Notes under the pieces: generated by a model | The model's database searches: none | What the model saw: only the letters and a program-made list of their open reading frames with translations | Told to the model about the DNA's origin: nothing | Position numbers and translations under genes: made by a program | Part shown: one piece after another, positions 57,301 through 64,000 of the stretch | Layout: the number at the start of each line of letters is the position of its first letter | Position numbering within the stretch: the stretch's first letter is position 1 | Origin: Candidatus Obscuribacteraceae bacterium | GTDB lineage: Bacteria; Cyanobacteriota; Vampirovibrionia; Obscuribacterales; Obscuribacteraceae | Length of the DNA stretch: 64,000 nt | Assembly: GCA_044226015.1 (NCBI GenBank) | Contig: JBGAHS010000001.1 | Coordinates: 352,001-416,000 of the forward strand | Direction of reading: 5' to 3'

Positions 57301-60300
57301 GGAGCTTCCCCTTGGGCAAACTTACCGTAATACCAAACTTGAGGTCCGCCTTTGACCAGTCTGAAGTTTTCACCATCTATATTTACTTCGCGAACACCAG
57401 GCATATCTTCGGGAGAGCTGACTTTCATCTTAAGCCCTGGCGTTCCGTCATTAGGCACTACTGCAGCTTTGCGTTCGAGTGCTTCAATGTGCAGTTCTGT
57501 GCCACGTCGTTTGGCCGGGTTTGTTAGGAATTCTGAATCGCGAACATCTTGTGTGCCGGTTCCGGCCAACATCACTTTGTCGCCAGGTTTTATTTCTGTC
57601 TTCCCTTGCACCTTTTCCCAGTTGTTGGAACCGTCTCTCTTTATGTAAGTTCCTGCAGTTGAATTGTTGTCTGTGATGTAGACCTTGCCGTCGGAAGTCT
57701 GATGGATATGGCCATGTTCGCGTGAAACATTTGTATTGAAATGCTCCGACGAGGGGTTTGCTATTCCGTCCTGATGGTATCGTCCAAGTGGCACTGAAGG
57801 ACCACCCGGTTCAAGTTTTAGTTTCTCACCGCCGAGTCCAACGCTAGCGATTTCTTTTGTCGATGGAGGGAGATCGGCTACTGCTGCAGGCTTCGCAAGT
57901 GACTCCGGACGTGGAACTCGTCCACTTGCCAGGTCAACCGGATCGTAACCTTCGGGTAGATATTTGTTGGTTAGCGCGTACATTGCTTGTCGATCTGTGA
58001 GATCTCCAGCAGCTTTACTCGCGTTGCTTTCATCAAGATAAATTCGAGGTGTGCCGCGATCGCTTATTCTAGAATGACGCGATTGACCAAGTAGCGCAAG
58101 TTCCCCATTGCGATCATAAGCTAGGGTACCCGGCCTGATACCAGCGTCTTTTTCCACTTGTCTCAATTGAGCGTCAGTGAGCTTTTGTCCTTCCGGAACA
58201 CCTAATTTAGAATTGATGTGGGCTGCAAGTTCGCGATCTAAGAGGGCACCATCTACGGGGCTATTTGGCAGGTCTGCTGGATGGAAATAATCACGCACAA
58301 TTCCAACACGGTTTGAGCTTCCTCTGATCGAGTCAACGTTTCCTGTTGAAATTCCATGCTCTCTGCCGAGACCCTTAGCAGTTAGAATTTCGTCAATTCG
58401 CTTCTGAACTGCAAGCGCATCCTCTGCTGTTTTTGTGTACAGAGTGAATGCCTTCGCACTTTGCCCTACCCCATCTGGCGCTTTCTCGAGATTTCTTCCA
58501 ACACCAACTTCAGGGTCGAAAGTCTTCCAGCCTGAAACTTTTGCTGCTAATTCCGGATCGTTTTTCAGTGCAGGAATAATGGTCTCTTGGAGTTTGCCGA
58601 GGTCTGCAGCACCATCTGTCACTACATGTACTTTCGCAACAGCGCTTTCTCCCTCTGGGAATTTTCCGTAATACCAGAAATCGCGAGGCGGACGCATAAG
58701 GTCGAACTGTTGACCATTTATTTCGACCTTCTTCCAGGCTTCGCTGTCGGCATGTACTTTCATCTCTTTTGGGAAGTTCTTCGCCGCAGCTTCTCTTTCC
58801 AATGCTTCGGTCTTCAAGCCAAAGAGTTCGCGCGCGCCCTTATTTCCTGCCGGAACTTCGCCATCGGACTTCTTACCAAAGCCCCAGAGTGCTTCGTTGA
58901 CTGGTTGTTTTTGTCCTAGTTCTGGTGGCGTTTCAAGTTGTGGACGGATTTCGGCCGTATGATCAAATTTTGCCTTTGATTTGCCCCTTATGCCCGTGGC
59001 TTTTTGCAGTTCATCCAACATGTTCATGTTGTTGTTGGGGCCGCCATATGGAGTCAGGATATTTGTAGTTAGACCAGAGTCGTGTCCTGGTTTGAAGAGT
59101 TTATAGTTACCGAATACTTTTTCCTGATCTGTCAGTCCGAGACGTGCCAATGTTGCCGGGTCATACAATTGTTTGTATGTCTGATTAGATAGAACAGTGA
59201 CATCCATATCCTTCAATGGAAGGTAGCGAGAATCTTTTTGCCAGAGTAGCCATGGGTTCGTTTCGGTTTCAAATTTGCCCATGGTGGCAACTACAACTTT
59301 GCCACCAGATTGCTTCAGCATAGTGGCATTGTCTTTGACAACACCAGCAGCTTGCCGTCCGCTCAGGGAGAAGTCATCCAAGTAGACCAGAACCTTGCCT
59401 TTGGCACCATCTGGACCCAAAGCAGCCAGTTCTTTTGCTGTTATGAAATTAGCAGAGCCCAGATCGTTAGCTGTGGCGTACATTTTCGCCGAGATCATCT
59501 GGCTGCCAATATTGTCAATCTTATCTAAGGACTTGCCTGCTGCTTTTGCTGCGGCAATTTGTCCTTCGTATTCAAGTCCGGTCACAAGCATGATGTCAGA
59601 CGGCTTGGTGCCAGGCGGGAGCTCTGCCATAAGCTTCTGATGCAGTTCGTGGAATTCTTTGAGTTGTTGTGTATACGATTTGTACTCAACTCCATGTTCA
59701 AGAATTTGACCTGCAAATGACTTGATTTCTGGGCTCTTGATTGAAGCCAGATAAGACTCAAGTTGCTGCTTCGTCAGCTGAGGGGCAGTAAACTGATCGT
59801 ACATCGATCCGATTCTGTACTGTTCGCTACCTCCAACCTTATCTCGTAGTTGCTTTCCTGGTAGCTGCTGTTCTGGTTGCAGAACTGTCGTTTTTGGATT
59901 TATTTCCGTTGCTAGTTTCGCGGTGTCGCCTTCCAATATCTTCTTCACAGCGGCTTCACTGCTCAGACCTGGTTCAGCTGCTTGCAATGCCTTGGCTTTC
60001 TCTACTATTCCTGCAATCTTGTCTTGCATACCTTTGGTGCCTGCGAATTGGCTGGCACCAAAATCAATGAAATTGACTCCCTTGTCGAAACCGTTGATAT
60101 TGCTCACGTAGAGTCTGTCAACTTGAGAAAGAGCTTGCTTTTGCGCTGCAGTTGCAGTGCTCAGGTCGCCGAGAATTAGTGCACGATTTGGCATTCCTTC
60201 AGCTGCAAGTTGTTTCATTCCGGCAGCATCAAGAGTAACAACATGAACCTTGAGTTGATCTTGATTCTTTCTAAGTAATTGTGCCAGCATTTCAGCAGAA

Positions 60301-63300
60301 TCATTGCCACCCATTGAGAAGACTGTAATGCCCTCTTTGCGGAGTGCCGGGTCAATTTTGTCGAGTTGGGCTTGCAGGTTGCGGAGCTGATCGTCGAGAG
60401 CTCGTGGTGTCATATTCGGTGCGGACTGTTCCATGACTTCCATGGCCAGTTTTCTGTCGGCTTCGCTAAATCCTTTGAACATGTCCTCGAATTCAGCTTT
60501 TGTTATTGGTACCTCACGGGTGCCTTCCGAGAACTTTTTGGTTATGCGATCAATGCGTTCGAGATCCATCTTTTCGGCAGGATCATACGGTTTTACTGGC
60601 TGATCACCAGGCGTGTCTTTGGCGCGAACTGGAGCGTCGTCGACTTTCGGTCTGGTACCAGATGTGGCGTCGCCGCCCTCTTTGACCTGATGCGAAAGTC
60701 CGTATGCTTCTTTCTCGATTTGGTTAGTCGAATATGCGTTGATCAAGTCTTTATGAACCTGATTTACTTTCGCACCTTCACCTTCAAGGTGCTTAATCAA
60801 CGCTTGTCTTGCCCCTTCAGCGTCAAAGCTCTGTATGTGTCCGGCTTTGAAATCTTCCCATTGTTTAGCAAATTTCGATAACTCTTCTGATGGTGCAGTT
60901 TGACCAAACAATCTGGAAGCCAGCACATCACCTCCTGGCTCCTTCAAGAGATCATTAAACAATCGGTCAACCGCCTTGCCGTCAACATTTGCTTGAAGGT
61001 CTTTAAGCTTCGAATCAATGACTCTAGCCGAATTGCCTAACTGCTCTGACTTTGCTGCAACATCTGTCAGCGAGTTCTTGACACTCTTTGCGAGATCTCC
61101 AGCCCGTGCTATTTCATCGGCAGTGAGAGCACCTTTCTTCTCAGCCGATTGACTTACAGTCTTTAACCAATCAGCATTTAGATCGCGACCCGTCGCTTCC
61201 TTGTAGTGTGCCTGAACCGCAGCCACATCGCCGGCTTTGCCATCGGCTGCTGCCAGACGTTGAGCGTTGCGCACCAGAAGTTCGTCTTGTGCTGCTGCGT
61301 GAGTGAATTCATGGAAGGTCACCCTATTAAGTCCTGCGGCACCACCTGCCTCAGCTAAAGCATCCTTCGGTAATGTGATTACTCCTTCGCCGAATGTGTA
61401 GCCTCCAGCCGCGTGCATGTTTTCTGCCAGCTGTACTTTGACTGGTGGCAAGCCTCTTTCGCTTGCAAATTTATTGAGTTCTCGCTCTAATTCTTGTGCG
61501 CGCGCTTTAGATACCGCGGTAATCTCGCTGGTCAGATTCTTGTGTTTGTTAGCCAGCGATTTCCAATCTTCGCTGAGTTGATGAAGTTTGGAGTCCTTAT
61601 TAAGAGGATGATTCGCGTCACTTCGTGCCGCAGCAATGTCGGCTTCGGAAGCTCCGGATTGCTTTAATCGCGAAATTTCATTATCTAAAACCTGTTGAGC
61701 TTCTTTGACTTTCGGAGCCAATCCATCAGCTTCTTTGACTTTTGGACTGAGGTCATCCTTCCAAGATTCTCTGACCTTGCTCATGCGGGCACTGAAATCT
61801 TCAGCTGCTTCTTTTCCGAGTTGCGGAATTTTGTCATTCAACGCTTGCAATTCAGAAGCGCTCGGAGCTTCGATTTGCGGTCTGTAGGCTGAGTCAAATG
61901 GCTCTTCTGTTTTGAGGGCTGCAGCTTGCTTTTTCAAGTCGGGATGGAGATTGTCATTTGCCGGAACTCGTTCAGCAGGAGCCGGACCGTCTTTAACAAC
62001 GCTTGGTCCATCTTTCACGCCTGTCGCGGGGGTATCTTTTACAGCTGTCGCAGGCGCGTCTGTGGGAAGAACCTTGCCTTCATTTACCCTAGCTTTGTCG
62101 AATACATCTTTCAGTTCACCAGCAGCGGTGCTTCCGCTGCCAGGGTGTAATTGTCCGCTGGGCTTGCTGGGAACATGTGCTTTTGCTACATCGGCGGTCA
62201 CTGCGCCCAGTCCAGCCGTTCCTGCTACTACTTCCGGAACGACATGATCTCCTTTTGGAACCGGCACAGAAGGATGTTCTCCTCCCTTGAATGCCATTCC
62301 GACTCCTTTGAATGCCGTGCTCATGACACCAGTGAAGACGAATCCTTGAGCGAATGCGATCTGTAGCGATTTGCCGTCAATCTTGCCGTCGTCAATTAGC
62401 TGTCGTCCACCTTCACCTATGGTATTACCGATGCCACCAACAGTAGAGTGCACGAGTAGGTTTGCTGCCTCTGTCTTCAATATCTGTGCAGTACTTGCAC
62501 CCGCCAAATGCGTGGCTTCTTTGAACCCTAAGTTGCCCGCGCCGAACTGGTTCGAAAATGCAAGCGCGGTGTATTTGAATGCATCCCCAGCGAATTCCTT
62601 AGCTCCGTTGGTGTCATTTCCCATCAAGCCATACTTTAATGTCGCTGCTCCCAACCCCATAACAGTAGAAATTCCGGCTAGAGCGTAAAGACTAGCCCCT
62701 GCAGTGAACGGGGCTGCCACCAAGGAGACGCCTGTAACGACGCCTGTCACCACGGTATCTGTTGTGGCTTGCTTTGTGTCCTTAAAGCTCTTTACTCTGT
62801 CTTCTGTATTTGCGGCAAGTTCATTTAACGTTTTTACATCTAGTGTCTTGCCGTTAGAAGTGGCCTCATAGATTTTTCGGTTGAAATCGTTTAGTGCTTC
62901 AATATGAGTAGTGTTGTAATTGCTTGCCATGCGCGCTCCAAGTCCAGCGTCTGTAGCAGAAACTGTCTTGATAGCGTGTAAATGTTCTTTGTCTTGCGTC
63001 CAGTCTTTGTGTCTGGTTGCACGGAATACTTCATCGTACTCTTTGTTGTCCACTTGTTTGAGCATGCTGGCTCTGAAGTTTTCGTATTTCGCTTCGTAGC
63101 GATTTTGAATTTCTACGCGAGGTCCTTCCTCAGTCATAGACTTCATTAAGCCTATGGCTTCTTCTTTTGTCACGCCCGCATTTAGTGTAAATGCACGCAG
63201 TTTGTCCTCTGGTTTAACTTCACCTTGCTTCAAAATGTTTTGAGCAAGTTCGTAAACTTCTTTTGGTCCGGCATTTTTTAAGGTCTCGAGCATCTTCGCT

Positions 63301-64000
63301 TTTTCAGCTGCACCTTCCGGTGAATTCAAATAAGCTAGTGCGCGAGGCGAAGCATCCAGAACTCCTTCTTTAAAGTAGCCCCTTGAGTCGAAAATTGGCG
63401 CTCCGCTTTCCTGATCATATGAGGTATGTTTTTCTTTCAAAGTATCACTGGTCAACCTGCCTGTTTCGAGCAGAGGTTTGACCTGTTCGTTGAATGCTTT
63501 CTCGGCTGCTGCGTCATCTCGTCCAGACTCTCTCTTGAATGCTTCGATGGCTGCTTTTTTGAATTCCGGGTCTTCAGCCAATTTACGGGATTCACTGCCG
63601 TCTTTGTCGCCCTTGATTGCATCGGTGATGATCTTTGTGGCGCTCTTATCTGAGTAACCATCAAGCCCGGCTGCTTTTGCTAGAAGTTGTTCTTTTGCTC
63701 CCATAACAGGTGCTGCTGGAACTGCATCTTTACTCGTTTCAACTTGCTTGAGCAAGCTGTCTATCAGTTTATAGCGGGCATTATCTTCGGCTCCGTTCGA
63801 GAATTTTTCTTTGAATTGATCGCGCAGTGCCTTTCTTGCTGCCTCTCCTTCCGGAGTCTGGCTGGCGAGTAACTTTCGATCTTCTGCTTTCATGTTGAGC
63901 ACAGCATCAACCATGGCTTTGCGATCGTTACCCCAGAAACTCTCATTGTCTTTTAGTTTGGTTTCTAGAGAGCGACCAGTAGTTTGTTGGACAGCGTCAT
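54378..64000 (-). CDS. Giant multidomain putative effector/toxin (>3200 aa, 5' end outside window): hydrophobic region, HExxH peptidase-like, PRTase-like, 3x [pThr-lyase-like + FHA], terminal FHA
   Basis: Frame stays open from 63914 to the window end; motifs HEFTH, YLDDFSLSG, KxH...WK...FT.(Y/F) x3, and GR...SR.H...D..S..GT x4. Confidence 0.9.
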   Translation of the reverse strand, partial: DAVQQTTGRSLETKLKDNESFWGNDRKAMVDAVLNMKAEDRKLLASQTPEGEAARKALRDQFKEKFSNGAEDNARYKLIDSLLKQVETSKDAVPAAPVMGAKEQLLAKAAGLDGYSDKSATKIITDAIKGDKDGSESRKLAEDPEFKKAAIEAFKRESGRDDAAAEKAFNEQVKPLLETGRLTSDTLKEKHTSYDQESGAPIFDSRGYFKEGVLDASPRALAYLNSPEGAAEKAKMLETLKNAGPKEVYELAQNILKQGEVKPEDKLRAFTLNAGVTKEEAIGLMKSMTEEGPRVEIQNRYEAKYENFRASMLKQVDNKEYDEVFRATRHKDWTQDKEHLHAIKTVSATDAGLGARMASNYNTTHIEALNDFNRKIYEATSNGKTLDVKTLNELAANTEDRVKSFKDTKQATTDTVVTGVVTGVSLVAAPFTAGASLYALAGISTVMGLGAATLKYGLMGNDTNGAKEFAGDAFKYTALAFSNQFGAGNLGFKEATHLAGASTAQILKTEAANLLVHSTVGGIGNTIGEGGRQLIDDGKIDGKSLQIAFAQGFVFTGVMSTAFKGVGMAFKGGEHPSVPVPKGDHVVPEVVAGTAGLGAVTADVAKAHVPSKPSGQLHPGSGSTAAGELKDVFDKARVNEGKVLPTDAPATAVKDTPATGVKDGPSVVKDGPAPAERVPANDNLHPDLKKQAAALKTEEPFDSAYRPQIEAPSASELQALNDKIPQLGKEAAEDFSARMSKVRESWKDDLSPKVKEADGLAPKVKEAQQVLDNEISRLKQSGASEADIAAARSDANHPLNKDSKLHQLSEDWKSLANKHKNLTSEITAVSKARAQELERELNKFASERGLPPVKVQLAENMHAAGGYTFGEGVITLPKDALAEAGGAAGLNRVTFHEFTHAAAQDELLVRNAQRLAAADGKAGDVAAVQAHYKEATGRDLNADWLKTVSQSAEKKGALTADEIARAGDLAKSVKNSLTDVAAKSEQLGNSARVIDSKLKDLQANVDGKAVDRLFNDLLKEPGGDVLASRLFGQTAPSEELSKFAKQWEDFKAGHIQSFDAEGARQALIKHLEGEGAKVNQVHKDLINAYSTNQIEKEAYGLSHQVKEGGDATSGTRPKVDDAPVRAKDTPGDQPVKPYDPAEKMDLERIDRITKKFSEGTREVPITKAEFEDMFKGFSEADRKLAMEVMEQSAPNMTPRALDDQLRNLQAQLDKIDPALRKEGITVFSMGGNDSAEMLAQLLRKNQDQLKVHVVTLDAAGMKQLAAEGMPNRALILGDLSTATAAQKQALSQVDRLYVSNINGFDKGVNFIDFGASQFAGTKGMQDKIAGIVEKAKALQAAEPGLSSEAAVKKILEGDTAKLATEINPKTTVLQPEQQLPGKQLRDKVGGSEQYRIGSMYDQFTAPQLTKQQLESYLASIKSPEIKSFAGQILEHGVEYKSYTQQLKEFHELHQKLMAELPPGTKPSDIMLVTGLEYEGQIAAAKAAGKSLDKIDNIGSQMISAKMYATANDLGSANFITAKELAALGPDGAKGKVLVYLDDFSLSGRQAAGVVKDNATMLKQSGGKVVVATMGKFETETNPWLLWQKDSRYLPLKDMDVTVLSNQTYKQLYDPATLARLGLTDQEKVFGNYKLFKPGHDSGLTTNILTPYGGPNNNMNMLDELQKATGIRGKSKAKFDHTAEIRPQLETPPELGQKQPVNEALWGFGKKSDGEVPAGNKGARELFGLKTEALEREAAAKNFPKEMKVHADSEAWKKVEINGQQFDLMRPPRDFWYYGKFPEGESAVAKVHVVTDGAADLGKLQETIIPALKNDPELAAKVSGWKTFDPEVGVGRNLEKAPDGVGQSAKAFTLYTKTAEDALAVQKRIDEILTAKGLGREHGISTGNVDSIRGSSNRVGIVRDYFHPADLPNSPVDGALLDRELAAHINSKLGVPEGQKLTDAQLRQVEKDAGIRPGTLAYDRNGELALLGQSRHSRISDRGTPRIYLDESNASKAAGDLTDRQAMYALTNKYLPEGYDPVDLASGRVPRPESLAKPAAVADLPPSTKEIASVGLGGEKLKLEPGGPSVPLGRYHQDGIANPSSEHFNTNVSREHGHIHQTSDGKVYITDNNSTAGTYIKRDGSNNWEKVQGKTEIKPGDKVMLAGTGTQDVRDSEFLTNPAKRRGTELHIEALERKAAVVPNDGTPGLKMKVSSPEDMPGVREVNIDGENFRLVKGGPQVWYYGKFAQGEAPVKIHVMTDGVQDLGKLQEALIPALNKNPELAAKVHGWKTFDPEIGAGNAGPGAWLPNGKGQGAKAFTIYARTPEDAVALQKEIDRVLTEKGLGRSTPIDTGNIDQIKGSSNRVGIVRDQFEPTQVDGNLAARLDKPLAEHIQAQMGLQPGQKLSPEQLRQVEKAAGLRPETLAYDRDNNLSLIAQSRSSGMHDGGSGPRIYLDEGKAGKEFGDLTDRQAFYALSNKYLPEGQGPADLAAGLVKSPKFEAPPVQALPQAAKPSFSAEANVGLGIGGDKINLEAGGPSVPLGRSHQTSLGSNSPHENLNVSRNHATLSRDADGKVFITDNNSSNGTYIKRNGSDKWETVTGRTEVQPGDKVMLGGTSETPSAVADKDPAKRFGTEVKIDAFDRAALPKDAAPEFPKRMKVSEPNDMPFLRQVEINGDQFKLIKTPQQDWFYGKLDSGPPGAVKVHVTTDGNADLGKLQEALIPELEKNPALASKIHGWKTFDPKVGAGTAPEGTFSPTGKGQEAKGFTVFTKTPEDAVAVQKEIDRILTEKNLGRAKPIDTGNIDKVTGSSNRVGIVRDFYQITRMDSDIAAKLDKPLADHIHSQMGLKPGERLTSDQLRQVEKNAGLRPNTLGYDRDSNLSLAAQSNGSRVREGGDGPRLYLDESSASKQAGDLTDRQAYYALANKYLPEGKDPTDLLLGTVKSPSGFDAPMAPVAPGSKLTPEAKVNIGIGGEQLDLAAGGPALSVGRSHQQTLGADNSPFNNKNVSRSHAVVNREADGRVFITDNNSSNGTYIQRNGSNRWEAVTSKTEVQPGDRVMLGGTSDTPSVAWDADPAKRYGTELKLFASAPAKVEAVANKIDFGGMQLRVEADGTPLEIGRNHQRDVLEDVASPYFNRNVSREHLQLTKDASGKLYAKDKGSTYGTYIMRANTDKWEALVGTQEIKPGDRLMLGGTGTKDTNNGSSAFHTYPQLRRGTELFVDKL

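Noticed and set aside
55230..58780. Diversity-generating retroelement template/variable repeats, or a lanthipeptide synthetase
   Set aside because: The repeats are diverged in-frame protein domains with no evident adenine-specific pattern. No reverse transcriptase, fused kinase/cyclase or precursor peptide is visible.

Overview
Bacterial chromosomal window, most likely from a non-photosynthetic cyanobacterial relative (Vampirovibrionia/Melainabacteria, Obscuribacterales-like). This is inferred from the cyanobacterial-type tmRNA tag, an SLH porin-like N-terminus and the many Ser/Thr kinase-TPR and sensor kinase genes. Housekeeping loci are recN, tRNA-Gln, rplY, a hisN-like gene, a GatD-like gene, prmA and ssrA. 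Accessory content includes an STM4011-STM4015-type radical SAM/ATP-grasp/LRR operon with a divergent RQGDV + LRR-DUF6745 pair, a decayed hipBA module beside ssrA, and a Tad pseudopilin/VWA cluster flanked by two paralogous small genes. The strongest novelty candidate is a giant protein (>3200 aa, open at the window edge). It carries three OspF/SpvC-like phosphothreonine-lyase-type domains, each paired with a pThr-binding FHA domain, plus HExxH and PRTase-like modules, and is followed by a small immunity-like gene. Two further candidates are five copies of a minus-strand cassette (exactly 20-codon ORF plus a conserved 66-bp hairpin element, type I toxin-like or leader-like), and two proteins with similar hydrophobic N-terminal architecture but different enzymatic cargo (DJ-1/PfpI; NADAR plus kinase-like). 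All calls come from reading motifs by eye; no database searches were run.
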